59,417 nucleotides of DNA from positions 1-59,417 of the forward strand of contig JAEZAV010000102.1 in assembly GCA_023430285.1 (NCBI GenBank). Reading direction: 5' to 3'. The notes under the pieces are model-generated. The model was not told where the DNA came from and did no database searches. It was given only the letters and a program-made list of their open reading frames with translations. This DNA comes from Methanobacteriota archaeon (GTDB lineage: Archaea; Methanobacteriota; Methanobacteria; Methanobacteriales; Methanobacteriaceae). The position numbers were made by a program, and so were the translations under genes. The stretch's first letter is position 1. The number at the start of each line of letters is the position of its first letter. Below are positions 1 through 9,941 of the stretch, in pieces.

Positions 1-122
1 AAATCGTTTTCATCAATAAATGCTTGGAAATTTATTGCATCAAAGAGGTTTCTAACTTTGTTAACCTTATTATCTTGGTTGGATTTTGATCTAAAATCTG
101 TGAAATATACTTTGCTCACCAT
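1..122 (-). CDS. DUF362-family Fe-S protein, N-terminal part (runs off the window edge)
   Basis: Manual translation from ATG at 122 gives MVSKVYFTDFRSKSNQDNKVNKVRNLFDA. GGAG RBS upstream. The 'SKVYFTDFR' start is typical of DUF362 proteins. Confidence 0.6.
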   Translation of the reverse strand, partial: MVSKVYFTDFRSKSNQDNKVNKVRNLFDAINFQAFIDEND

Positions 123-308
123 TTAACTCCCTCAGCCTGACATTTCTGGAACTTCATACTTTACAGAATATTTTGTTTTAGTAATATGTTATAGACTTCA
201 TAATATATCTAAAATTCATTCTAAAAAAAGTTAAAATTAAAAATATGGCCCAGTGGTACATTTGAGCTGAGGATGATCTACGATGAACCATATTTTTTTA
301 CCCAAAAT

Positions 309-322
309 TTAGGTATGCCTAA
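309..322. promoter_or_regulatory. Palindromic operator TTAGG-N4-CCTAA (DtxR/IdeR/MntR-like metal box), copy 1
   Basis: TTAGGTATGCCTAA. An identical 19-bp stretch recurs 65 bp downstream. Resembles DtxR-family operators. Confidence 0.6.
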
Positions 323-373
323 GTTCGGGTGGATTAAAATTATCCTGCACAACTTATAAATCTTCCTATTTTT

Positions 374-387
374 TTAGGTATGCCTAA
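374..387. promoter_or_regulatory. Palindromic operator TTAGG-N4-CCTAA, copy 2
   Basis: TTAGGTATGCCTAA. The two copies bracket a minus-strand TATA-like TTTATAAG (360-353). Confidence 0.6.
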
Positions 388-389
388 GT

Positions 390-1151
390 TCATTTATGAT
401 CATGGGACCAATTAGCCAGGATTAAGTCACGGCTTTTGAGAACATTTTGATAGTTATTTAATTCTATAATACCATTTTTTACACCATTTAAAAGATTTAA
501 ATCCAATGTTCCCTCCCCAAGGGTCAAATGTTGATCCTTTTCACCATCATTATCATTTAAATGATAATAAACTATATTTTTAAGCTTAAAAAATGATTTT
601 ACATCCTGCGTGGTGTTAGCATGACCTGTATCAACAGTTGCATACGATCCACATTTTTCTACAAAAAGTCTATGTTCATCAGCGCTGTTACAAAAATATG
701 CATATTTGTTGGGCATGTTCTCAATGGAAAATTTGATTCCCCTTTCCTCGGAATAATTATTGGCTTCTGTAAGAATGTTTATGGCATGTTCCATGCCGAA
801 ATTTCGTACCCTTTCTTCAAGCCTGTGTATCAATCCAGGATGAGTTGTAATTGCCTTGCAATTAATTTTAACACCGAAATTCACAGTTTCTTTGAGTTGT
901 TTCAATGTTTCCTCCCTAATTCCTGGGTTTAAGCTTCCAGGGTTAAGATCGATGGTGGGAGAATGTAGATAAACATCTATATCGTAAGAATCGAATATTT
1001 CGAAGTTAGAGTTAAAAGACAAAACATTACGTGGCCAGTAGGGACCTTCACAAAGAATTTCAATCAATTGAAATCCATCAGTGGATGCAGTTTCTAGAAA
1101 ATCTTCGAGTGAATTCATAAAAAGTGCCAGAGTTGAAAAGCCCAGTTTCAT
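390..1151 (-). CDS. Sugar phosphate isomerase/epimerase (xylose isomerase-like TIM barrel, AP endonuclease 2 family)
   Basis: Motifs HPG, IENMP, DTGHAN, HLNDNDGEKDQHL. Confidence 0.8.
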   Translation of the reverse strand: MKLGFSTLALFMNSLEDFLETASTDGFQLIEILCEGPYWPRNVLSFNSNFEIFDSYDIDVYLHSPTIDLNPGSLNPGIREETLKQLKETVNFGVKINCKAITTHPGLIHRLEERVRNFGMEHAINILTEANNYSEERGIKFSIENMPNKYAYFCNSADEHRLFVEKCGSYATVDTGHANTTQDVKSFFKLKNIVYYHLNDNDGEKDQHLTLGEGTLDLNLLNGVKNGIIELNNYQNVLKSRDLILANWSHDHK

Positions 1152-1228
1152 GAATAATCCTATTATGAATCTGGTTTATATTTTTTATTTAATTTTTTTA
1201 TATAATCAAAAACTATATATAGATTCTA

Positions 1229-1251
1229 AATATATCAAAAAATGATATATT
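1229..1251. promoter_or_regulatory. Probable PadR operator (9-bp perfect inverted repeat)
   Basis: AATATATCA-N5-TGATATATT just downstream of TATA-like CTATATATAG (1213-1222) and upstream of the PadR gene. Confidence 0.55.
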
Positions 1252-1278
1252 AAAATTTAATATAGTGACGTGAAAAAA

Positions 1279-1746
1279 ATGGAAGAAAAAGGTAGCAATC
1301 CCTTGGAGGATTCCAAATCCACAAATCATGACCCTAATAAATTAGAAAATGAGTTGGATTGTAACTCCGAGCTATCAAAGCTTAAAAAATATGATATTAA
1401 ACTTTTAAAAAGCATGAAGGGATTTGGTAAAACCCTGATTCTCTGGATTATTAGTAAGGAGAGAATTCATGGTTACGAAATAATGAGCAAAATAAACAAG
1501 GTTAATCCTGCAGAACCAGAACAATTTAAGGGAAAACCTGGGAAAATATACCCAATACTGCATGATCTAGAGAATGCAGGATTAATTGAAGGAACTTGGG
1601 AAGCTCATGGAAAAAGAAAAATTAAATACTACGAGATCACCGAAGAAGGTATCCAAACACTGGAAAGAATCAAAAAAGTGTTCAGATGTCATAGAACCGC
1701 ACTTTTAGAGGAATTCTGGAGAGATATATTTGATAAAAACGATTGA
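1279..1746 (+). CDS. PadR-family transcriptional regulator
   Basis: HGYEIM, PGKIYPILHDLENAGLI, KYYEITEEG motifs. Start placed at ATG 1279; GTG at 1270 is an alternative. Confidence 0.85.
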   Translation: MEEKGSNPLEDSKSTNHDPNKLENELDCNSELSKLKKYDIKLLKSMKGFGKTLILWIISKERIHGYEIMSKINKVNPAEPEQFKGKPGKIYPILHDLENAGLIEGTWEAHGKRKIKYYEITEEGIQTLERIKKVFRCHRTALLEEFWRDIFDKND

Positions 1747-1758
1747 AGGGGGTAAAAA

Positions 1759-2853
1759 ATGAAATATGCTATAGAAACTTTTGATCTATCAAAAAAATAC
1801 AACAATGATTTTTTAGCTGTTGATGAACTCAACATGAAGATAGACAACAAAAGCATTTTCGGTTTTCTAGGACCAAATGGTGCAGGAAAAACCACAACAA
1901 TAAAAATGCTCACTTGTTTAATACAGCCCACTGGAGGAACAGCGAATGTGGCTGGTTTTGACATTGCAAAACAGCCAAACGAAGTTCGAGAAAAAATCGG
2001 AATGGTTCCACAACTCGTAAGTCTGTATGGAGATCTTACGGTACGTGAAAATATTGAACTCTGCGCAGACTTTTACGGACTTCCAACTGATTTGAAAATA
2101 AGTCGTGCTGAAGAATTAATGGAACTCGTTGATATTAAATATGCTGAAAACAAGTTGGTAAAACAATTATCTGGTGGTATGAAGCAGAAAGCATCAGTAG
2201 TTGCCAGTTTAATACATCAACCAGATATTTTATTCCTTGATGAACCAACCATAGGTTTGGATCCAACAACCAAGAGGGTTTTATGGGATTTAGTAGAAGA
2301 ATTGAACTCAGAGGGACGTACCATAATTCTATGTTCACATGATATGTACGAGGTGGAACTACTCTGTGATAAAATTGGAATCATTAATGGAGGAGTTCTA
2401 GCAGCCTACGATACACCTAGAGGTCTTAAAGACACCATGATCCATGAACAAAAAGAAGTTCGATCCTCTGAAACATCCAATGTAATTAAAATTATGGATG
2501 AACTCAGAAAAGAAAGTGATACTGAAGATAATGCCGCTTATGACCAATTAAAAGAAAAAATAGAACATGAAAACAGAGATTTAAAAGAATTAAGTGTAAT
2601 GATCAGCAATTTAGATGAAAATATGACCGATCATCTGAAAAACTTGCCTGAAGTCGATCTATTGAATGAACACGATTCTGGAAGAATAGTCATGGATATT
2701 GACTCTAAAGATGAATCTGTGAGTAAGATAATTTCCGAAATAATCAACAATGGGGGAACTATCACTTCAATATCCACTAAAGATCCTTCATTGGAAGATG
2801 TTTTCATGAGTGTAACTTCAAAGAATAAAAAAGAAGGTGCAGAAGATGGTTGA
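1759..2853 (+). CDS. ABC-2 (DrrA-type) exporter ATP-binding protein
   Basis: Walker A GPNGAGKTT, signature LSGGMKQ, Walker B ILFLDEP, C-terminal PSLEDVF. Confidence 0.9.
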   Translation: MKYAIETFDLSKKYNNDFLAVDELNMKIDNKSIFGFLGPNGAGKTTTIKMLTCLIQPTGGTANVAGFDIAKQPNEVREKIGMVPQLVSLYGDLTVRENIELCADFYGLPTDLKISRAEELMELVDIKYAENKLVKQLSGGMKQKASVVASLIHQPDILFLDEPTIGLDPTTKRVLWDLVEELNSEGRTIILCSHDMYEVELLCDKIGIINGGVLAAYDTPRGLKDTMIHEQKEVRSSETSNVIKIMDELRKESDTEDNAAYDQLKEKIEHENRDLKELSVMISNLDENMTDHLKNLPEVDLLNEHDSGRIVMDIDSKDESVSKIISEIINNGGTITSISTKDPSLEDVFMSVTSKNKKEGAEDG

Positions 2854-4015
2854 AACCAAAAAAATTATGTGGATGATCAAAAAAGATTTGATGGTCCTAT
2901 GGAGACATAAACCTCGTTTACTATCCCTATTCCTGTTCCCAATTATCATGATCACCCTTTTTGGTTATGGTATGGGAGGAACCATAAACAACATTCCAGT
3001 AGTTGTAGTGGACCAGAGTCAAGGAAACCTGTCTGATGCAACACTAAGCGCAATTAAAAGTAATACGTTGTACGATGTTAAAGAAATAACCACAGATCCC
3101 AATAAAGGATTGCAGATGGTTCAAAATGGACAGGCAAAAGCAGCCATAATTCTTCCCACGAATTATGATACTCTGAATGACACGTCGCCAAAAAGCATTG
3201 TTGTCGATGTCGATTCTTCGGATCAACTAGCATCAGGTGCGATTATACCCGCCACACAAGGTTTATTTACTCAGATTAACCAGCAAATAGCAGAACAAAA
3301 GCTTCAGTCATCATCAATATCAGTTTCAAGTAGTCAGGTAAATGGAACTCAAGTATCTCCTTACCAAAGTATATTGAACACGATTAATGTTGAAGTAAAC
3401 AAGTTATACGGTAATATCAGTTATTTAAATTTCCTTGCACCAGCAATAATTGGAATGACCATTCTCTTTGGATGTGTGTTTGGTATGGGAGAAATTGTAG
3501 CCGGTGAAAGGGAAAGAGGAGAACTTGCAAGATTGTTCATGACCCCTACTAGTGTTGCGACTGTCATTGGTGGAAAAATTATATCCAAATTAGTTCAAGA
3601 AACTGGGCGGGGAATTATCTTAATTGTGGCAGCGATAGCCCTATTTGGAATTATTATTAACGGCAGCATGGTGCTGACAATTCTGCTGTTAATACTGGGA
3701 GCGTTATGTTTCATAGGATTTGGAATTATGGTTTCTGCAAGGGTTTCATCCCAGGAAGATTTCATGCAGACTGTGATGCCCATTACAATGCCCATGATGT
3801 TTTTATCAGGAGTATTCTATCCAATAGAAACAATGCCATGGATATTCCAACAAATTGCATATATCTTACCATTAACATACGTTAACGATGCTTTAAGAGC
3901 AGTTATGTTAAAAGGATCAGGCGTAGGAGATATATGGATAGATATTGTGGTTTTACTAGGATTTACAGCAATATTCTTCTATTTAGGAGTAACGAAATTT
4001 AACAGAGACATATAA
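2846..4015 (+). CDS. ABC-2 exporter permease
   Basis: N-terminal TM helix, extracellular domain, ERERG motif and several C-terminal TM helices. ATG at 2846 overlaps the ATPase end. Confidence 0.85.
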   Translation: MVETKKIMWMIKKDLMVLWRHKPRLLSLFLFPIIMITLFGYGMGGTINNIPVVVVDQSQGNLSDATLSAIKSNTLYDVKEITTDPNKGLQMVQNGQAKAAIILPTNYDTLNDTSPKSIVVDVDSSDQLASGAIIPATQGLFTQINQQIAEQKLQSSSISVSSSQVNGTQVSPYQSILNTINVEVNKLYGNISYLNFLAPAIIGMTILFGCVFGMGEIVAGERERGELARLFMTPTSVATVIGGKIISKLVQETGRGIILIVAAIALFGIIINGSMVLTILLLILGALCFIGFGIMVSARVSSQEDFMQTVMPITMPMMFLSGVFYPIETMPWIFQQIAYILPLTYVNDALRAVMLKGSGVGDIWIDIVVLLGFTAIFFYLGVTKFNRDI

Positions 4016-4061
4016 TTGAGTCATGATTCTAATGACTCAATCTAAATAATTAGGTGATAAA

Positions 4062-5297
4062 ATGATTGGAAAAAAGAATATATTGATTGGAATTATGATG
4101 CTTAGCATATTCATAGGTCCAATGACAGTTTCTACTGCTTCGGCAGCAGACTGGCCAATGTTTCAAGAAAATTTGAACCATACAGCATACATGGACGAAG
4201 CTTCTGATTTCAATCCAGACACATGGTTATTCCAAACTTCTGGACTTTTAACATCAGCAGCCATAACTGATAAATTGATCTATTTCGGATCAAGCAGTGG
4301 TCTATTCTCAGCCCTTAACCTTGAAGACGGTACAAAAGTATGGGATTACAAGGCAGGAGGAAACATAACAAGCGCACCAATAGTAGTTGGAGACAATGTA
4401 TACTTCGGATCTGGAGATAGCTATCTCTATGCTTTGAATAAAAAAACTGGGGATGACGTTTGGAAATATAAAACAGGAAATGCAATAGAAACAACCCCTG
4501 CCATAGATAATGGTATAATATACTTCGGATCAGATGATCAGAGATTATACGCCCTAAATACCAACGACAGTACCAAGAAATGGGAATTCCAAACTGGAAA
4601 CGCTGTTAGATCTTCCCCTACAGTTTATAATGATACTGTATACTTTGGATCTGATGATGGAAAGATCTATGCTTTAGGCATAGCCAACGGAACACAAACA
4701 TGGGCATACGACACAGGTAGTGCCGTAAGATCATCTCCTGCCATTAACAACACAACTTTGTACATGGGAACAGATAATGGAAACTTCTATGCACTAAACA
4801 CCGCAGATGGTTCAGTTTTATGGAATTATAACCTAAATGATTCCGTGAAATCTTCAGCACTTTTAGATCCAAACGATAATGCCCTCTTCATAGGTTCAGA
4901 TAACGGAAATATAACAGCCCTTGATATGCGTGATGGAAAACTTAAATGGTCCGTCAATACCGGAAACGTTAAAACCACCCCTGCACTTATGGGAGATAAC
5001 ATCGTAGTAACTTCAGAATCTGGAACAGTGTACGTTCTAAACAAGTACAGTGGAAAAGAAGAATGGAGTTACACTCCAGGTTATTACCTATTTAATTCGC
5101 CATTGACTTCACCAATAGTGTATGGTGACGATATATTCGTGGGTGATAACAACGGAAACATGTACGCAATTGACTTCTCAAGAAAAACCGGGCCTGTTTC
5201 TAACTACCTCTACTACGTGATAGCCATAGTTGTAGTCATAGTTGGAGGATTATTAGCAGTAAGGACACTTAGAAGAAGAAGAAAAGGGAAAGAATAA
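4062..5297 (+). CDS. Membrane-anchored PQQ-like beta-propeller repeat protein
   Basis: Signal peptide, DWPMFQ start, about 8 repeats of 'SSP..vyfGS.Dg.lYAl...G...W', C-terminal TM helix and basic tail. Confidence 0.85.
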   Translation: MIGKKNILIGIMMLSIFIGPMTVSTASAADWPMFQENLNHTAYMDEASDFNPDTWLFQTSGLLTSAAITDKLIYFGSSSGLFSALNLEDGTKVWDYKAGGNITSAPIVVGDNVYFGSGDSYLYALNKKTGDDVWKYKTGNAIETTPAIDNGIIYFGSDDQRLYALNTNDSTKKWEFQTGNAVRSSPTVYNDTVYFGSDDGKIYALGIANGTQTWAYDTGSAVRSSPAINNTTLYMGTDNGNFYALNTADGSVLWNYNLNDSVKSSALLDPNDNALFIGSDNGNITALDMRDGKLKWSVNTGNVKTTPALMGDNIVVTSESGTVYVLNKYSGKEEWSYTPGYYLFNSPLTSPIVYGDDIFVGDNNGNMYAIDFSRKTGPVSNYLYYVIAIVVVIVGGLLAVRTLRRRRKGKE

Positions 5298-5325
5298 ATT
5301 TTTCCCTTATTAATTATTTTTTTTT
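5284..5325 (+). terminator. Hairpin plus T-tract terminator
   Basis: AAGGGAAA...TTTCCCTT stem followed by a long T run. Confidence 0.5.
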
Positions 5326-5380
5326 AAAAAAAATATACAATTTATAAAAATAACAAATATAAAACTAGTTTTATTAGGCT

Positions 5381-5668
5381 TCAGATGGAAGTATCATCCC
5401 TTGAAAGCTGAATTTCTATGGCAGAAACATTAGTATTTGCGCCTTCATTGTTCATAATTTCCTCTGTGCTTATGTCTATAGATTCCACTTGTGCATCAGT
5501 AATAAATCTGTTTCTAACTATCTCAGCAACATCAACCGCTCTGCTGATTGCTCTACCTCTAGCTTTTAGAACAACCTCAGAAAGTCCGCCATTCATTTGT
5601 GTTACTACTGCTAAAACGTAATTCATTACTGGTTTATTTCCAATGTATACAATATTTTCCTCTGGCAT
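5381..5668 (-). CDS. albA: DNA/RNA-binding protein Alba
   Basis: [44 protein letters not shown] precedes ATG at 5668. Confidence 0.95.
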   Translation of the reverse strand: MPEENIVYIGNKPVMNYVLAVVTQMNGGLSEVVLKARGRAISRAVDVAEIVRNRFITDAQVESIDISTEEIMNNEGANTNVSAIEIQLSRDDTSI

Positions 5669-5933
5669 CGCTTTAACCTCCAAATAATACCCTGATTGTT
5701 TAGATATATTTAATATTATATATATTTTATGTTCATAAGACCTTTTTTAACAGATCAATAAATGAATAAGTAGTTTAATTAGGCATAATATCATATTAAG
5801 CAATTCATACAGGTTTAACCTGATTTATACGGATTAAAATGAGAATAGATAACACATACTACTCTATTTTTTTATAAAAATAGTTGTATCACAAATGTAC
5901 TGGTAACATAAAATGAAGTTCATCTTCTAATCA

Positions 5934-6686
5934 TCATGTCCTAAAAATAATCATAACTCCGTCCAGTATGTCCGATTCGTTGACTATGGGATTAAAAGTA
6001 CCCTCAATTGGAATATAATCGTTGTCTTTAGATTTTATCGAAAAATTCTCCTCAATTACTTCAGTTGAATTGAACCTTCCAATTATGTCGTTTAAATCTA
6101 TATCTGGTATCAATTTTCCCACAGAAGTTCCAATGAAACTCTCATTAGATATTTCTGCAAAATTAGCTGCGACAGGGTTCATAAAAATAATTCTTCCATT
6201 GAGATCAGTTGCAATCGCACCTTCACTAACAGATTTGAGAACGGATTCAAGTAATTTATAATGACCATTAGCATTGTAACTTTCAGATGCGCCTTTTTGG
6301 TCCAAAATTATATCTATGGCCGTGTAAAGCTCATTTTCTTCAAATGGCTTGTGAAGAAATTCAAAGGGTTCCTTAACTATAAAAGCAGCTGGATGTGTAG
6401 ATTTAACCCTTTCAATTGTATTTTTATCTGAATAAGAAGTTAGGTAAATTATTGGAATGCCAAACTTTGATTCAATGATCTGAGCAGCATCAACTCCGTC
6501 CAATTTTCCATCAAGTTTGATATCCATTATAACTAGATCTGGATTTTTTTCTTCGCTGAATTTTACAGCGTCTTCCCCGTTGGTAAGAACGGCAACTACA
6601 TTGTAATCTGCCTTTTCAAGACTATTTTTTATGTCCTTTGCCGTAATCCCCTCATCTTCAACAACCAGAATATCTACGGGTGCCAT
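5934..6686 (-). CDS. Response regulator (REC + PAS)
   Basis: ILVVEDE, DLVIMDI and KPF motifs; C-terminal PAS region 'IATDLNGRIIFMNP'. Confidence 0.85.
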   Translation of the reverse strand: MAPVDILVVEDEGITAKDIKNSLEKADYNVVAVLTNGEDAVKFSEEKNPDLVIMDIKLDGKLDGVDAAQIIESKFGIPIIYLTSYSDKNTIERVKSTHPAAFIVKEPFEFLHKPFEENELYTAIDIILDQKGASESYNANGHYKLLESVLKSVSEGAIATDLNGRIIFMNPVAANFAEISNESFIGTSVGKLIPDIDLNDIIGRFNSTEVIEENFSIKSKDNDYIPIEGTFNPIVNESDILDGVMIIFRT

Positions 6687-6704
6687 GAATGATACCTCCA
6701 GAAT

Positions 6705-7448
6705 TTATTGGTTTTTTTGTTTGAATACTAGGATAAAACCATTGATTTGGCCATTATCATCAGTTATAGAATTTAAATCACATTTAACTTTTATTTCTTG
6801 CCCATTAGTTACGAGGATATGCTCATCTTGTTGTAGATGTTCCTTCATTAAAGTCAGATCAAACGATTCAAAGGATTTAAGGGGCTCAAAAACTGTGTTA
6901 ACTTCCTTGCCCAATACTTTATCAAGTTTACATCCAGTTAGACTTTCAGCTGAAGAATTCATGAGTTTAACTAGACCTTCAGAATTTGTAGCGATTACAG
7001 CTTCGTTGTAATGTTTAAGCATTGCAGACACTAAATTGTCATGATTTTTTTCCATTTTATGTCTGTAAAGAGTGGTATCTATTGCCAAATGTAATTCACT
7101 TTCTTCAAATGGCTTTTTTATTAAACCAGTCTCATCTTTCATTACGAATCCCGAATGTTCTGTTGCTTTAGCTCGGGTAAGAGTATACTCATCAGAATAT
7201 GCAGTTAAATATATGACGGGAATATCATATTTTAATTTTATTTGCCCTGCAGCTTCAATTCCATCCATCTTACCTTTTAATTTAATATCCATTAAAACAA
7301 GGTCGGGTTGAAGTTTTCCTGCTCTTTCTATGGCTTCCTTTCCTGATGCAACCATATCTATTACGTTATACCCAGAACATTCTAGACCACTCTTTATATC
7401 TTCTGCTGTTATCCTTTCATCCTCTACCACCAATATATTAGGCCCCAT
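6705..7448 (-). CDS. Response regulator (REC + PAS), paralogue of 5934-6686
   Basis: ILVVEDE, DLVLMDI and KPF motifs; PAS region 'IATNSEGLVKLMN'. Confidence 0.85.
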   Translation of the reverse strand: MGPNILVVEDERITAEDIKSGLECSGYNVIDMVASGKEAIERAGKLQPDLVLMDIKLKGKMDGIEAAGQIKLKYDIPVIYLTAYSDEYTLTRAKATEHSGFVMKDETGLIKKPFEESELHLAIDTTLYRHKMEKNHDNLVSAMLKHYNEAVIATNSEGLVKLMNSSAESLTGCKLDKVLGKEVNTVFEPLKSFESFDLTLMKEHLQQDEHILVTNGQEIKVKCDLNSITDDNGQINGFILVFKQKNQ

Positions 7449-7485
7449 TATATCCCCCTAAATAGCTAACTAAAAATTAGTTAGT

Positions 7486-9003
7486 TTAACGTTCAATAAG
7501 TATCTTGTTAATTGAATCTAAAACTGCTTCAACACTTGCCATGACCACGTCATCTGTTGTTGATCTTCCAGTTGCCTTGTTGCCCTTCTTGTCACCCATA
7601 ATAACAAATACTTCTGCTAGAGCATTAGTTCCACCAGTTATTGCTTCAATATTATATTCTTTGAGTTCAATATCTGCTGTCTCCCCTACTAAGCTTTGTA
7701 TTGCATTAATAGCTGCGTCTACTGGACCTACTCCTGTTTTTGCAGCTGTTTTAACTTTGCCGTTTATGTCAAGCTTTACAGTAGCTGTTGGCATTACATT
7801 ATCCCCTGTCATTACTGAGAAGCCCTCGAGTTTGACAATTTCTTTGTGGGCCTTTCCAAGCACAGTCTCGGACATTGCCTTTAGATCAGCATCTGTTACG
7901 CATTTACCCTTGTCTCCAAGTCTTTTCACCTGATCAAAAACCCTTGTGAACTGATCTTCATTGAGTTCAATACCGTACTCATCTAGTTTGGCCTTTATAG
8001 CATTGGCCCCGGTGTGTTTTCCAAGGACTATTCTCCTTGTATGGCCAACCATTTCTGGCGTGATTGGCTCGTATGTTTCTGCCTTTTGAAGGACTCCATG
8101 GACATGGATCCCGGCCTCGTGTGCAAATGCATTTTCCCCAACTATTGCCTTATTTGGAGGCATTTTAATACCAGTTATCCTTGATACGAATTCAGAGGTA
8201 TCAACCAATAGTCTTGTATCTATGGATGTTTTAAGATGATATTGGGATGTTAAAGCCATCACAACCTCTTCTAAAGAAGCGTTTCCTGCCCGCTCCCCTA
8301 ATCCATTTATGGTTGAATGCACCTGACTTGCACCTGCTTCTACCGCGCTCAGGGAATTGGCTACTGCCAGCCCAAAATCATCATGACAGTGCACACTGAG
8401 GGGAGTTTTCAATATTTTCTTCAGTTCAGTAATTAAGTAGTTCATTGAAGACGGGATCATTACTCCAACTGTATCTGGTACGTTTATGAAATCTACACCA
8501 GCATCCTCAACAGCCAGATACACTTCCTTAAGATAATCAAATTCCGTACGTGTAGCATCTTCTGCTGAAAATTCAGCAGTTATTCCATGATCCTTTATGT
8601 ATTCAACGCCTTCTACAGACTTATTTAAAATTTCTTCCCTGTCCATTTTTAGCTTGTACTCTCGATGTAATGGAGAAGTCCCTATAAATGTGTGAATATA
8701 ATCCACACCACTGTCTATTGCAGCATCTAAATCAACACGTAAAGGTCTTGCCAAACCACAAACTCTTGAGTCAAGTTCCAGTTTTAAAATTTCTTTTGTA
8801 GCTCTAATTTCACCCTCTGAAGCAGCTGGAAATCCAACTTCCATGGTGTTAACGCCCAATTTATCTAACTTTTTAGCTATTCTTATCTTTTCATCCACAG
8901 TTAGGGCTACTCCAGGTGTTTGTTCCCCATCCCTTAGGGTAGTGTCCAGAATTTTAACGGAATCTGGAAGATTCATAGTCTGTTTGACTGTTTCTATGTA
9001 CAT
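7486..9003 (-). CDS. leuA: 2-isopropylmalate synthase
   Basis: [22 protein letters not shown] and C-terminal regulatory GVGPVDA. '[10 protein letters not shown]' fits LeuA better than CimA. GAGG RBS precedes ATG 9003. Confidence 0.8.
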   Translation of the reverse strand: MYIETVKQTMNLPDSVKILDTTLRDGEQTPGVALTVDEKIRIAKKLDKLGVNTMEVGFPAASEGEIRATKEILKLELDSRVCGLARPLRVDLDAAIDSGVDYIHTFIGTSPLHREYKLKMDREEILNKSVEGVEYIKDHGITAEFSAEDATRTEFDYLKEVYLAVEDAGVDFINVPDTVGVMIPSSMNYLITELKKILKTPLSVHCHDDFGLAVANSLSAVEAGASQVHSTINGLGERAGNASLEEVVMALTSQYHLKTSIDTRLLVDTSEFVSRITGIKMPPNKAIVGENAFAHEAGIHVHGVLQKAETYEPITPEMVGHTRRIVLGKHTGANAIKAKLDEYGIELNEDQFTRVFDQVKRLGDKGKCVTDADLKAMSETVLGKAHKEIVKLEGFSVMTGDNVMPTATVKLDINGKVKTAAKTGVGPVDAAINAIQSLVGETADIELKEYNIEAITGGTNALAEVFVIMGDKKGNKATGRSTTDDVVMASVEAVLDSINKILIER

Positions 9004-9085
9004 TGAAAGACCTCTTTTGGTTGACATTTTATAATTATTAGTTTATCTTAAACTAATAAAAAAAAGTTGTTGTTGAATAATTTTA

Positions 9086-9883
9086 TTATAATGCAGTTCC
9101 CATTATCAGGCTTAAGAAATTTCTCAAACCAGGGGCAAATCCTAAAATAAATATTGCCAACTTCAACATGTTTGCAATTGTCTTGTCTTCGATATAACTA
9201 TCTATAACATATAATGCGGCCAATATCACGGCTATTTTTAGAGGAAACATCACAGCAGCTGTTCCTACCATCCCAGTTAACGCACTTGGAAGCACATGCT
9301 GTTCACTGTATCCGTAAAAGTCCACTGCAACATACGTTGAAGATGCATCGAAGAGGTGGGCCATTAAGACTGTTAAGTTGATTTTGTTGCTGAGTAAGGA
9401 CCATTTGTTTCGAAGCAACACAAATATTGAAGATATTAAAGCCCAAATACCAAGGACTTGTAGTACTGCCACAACGTTAACTGGTCCCAAGAAGATTATG
9501 TTGGGTATGCATATCACCGCACCCACACCAAAAATTATGTACCTGTAATCAATCTGAGTTTTTTTCTCGATGAAATATGCAGATAAAACAGTTGCTATGG
9601 CTATGAAACCTGTTAAGAGGTATATTCCGGGCGTTACAAGAATGTAGGTGAGTGGGTAAATGTTGTTGTCAACAAGGGCCCGGGCACCTGAACCAAAGAA
9701 TATGAATGGTGTGAGGGGTATTATCAGATCAGCTGGATCCTTCTCCATATACTTAAACATCTTTATGATGAGAAGAATTGAAATACCGAGGATTAATCCA
9801 AAAACAACGGTGTTGAGTGTAGTATAACCCGGATGTAAATATATGAAGTTTTCCCGGATATACTGCATGATTTGAGGTATCAT
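9086..9883 (-). CDS. DUF63-family integral membrane protein
   Basis: GYTTLNT, HLFDASSTY, EQHVLP, LGFAPGLRN motifs; multiple TM helices. Confidence 0.75.
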   Translation of the reverse strand: MIPQIMQYIRENFIYLHPGYTTLNTVVFGLILGISILLIIKMFKYMEKDPADLIIPLTPFIFFGSGARALVDNNIYPLTYILVTPGIYLLTGFIAIATVLSAYFIEKKTQIDYRYIIFGVGAVICIPNIIFLGPVNVVAVLQVLGIWALISSIFVLLRNKWSLLSNKINLTVLMAHLFDASSTYVAVDFYGYSEQHVLPSALTGMVGTAAVMFPLKIAVILAALYVIDSYIEDKTIANMLKLAIFILGFAPGLRNFLSLIMGTAL

Positions 9884-9941
9884 GGTTCTAATATAGATCT
9901 TAATGCTATAAAATTTTGTATAAACTGCTAATAATCACAGC

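Noticed and set aside
178..291. 37-codon minus-strand ORF (MVHRRSSSAQMYHWAIF...) across the hairpin
   Set aside because: Weak RBS, runs through T-tracts and has no recognisable features. The second copy of the motif does not support a peptide.
7486..9003. Citramalate synthase (cimA)
   Set aside because: The active-site strand [10 protein letters not shown] resembles methanogen LeuA rather than CimA. A profile search would settle it.
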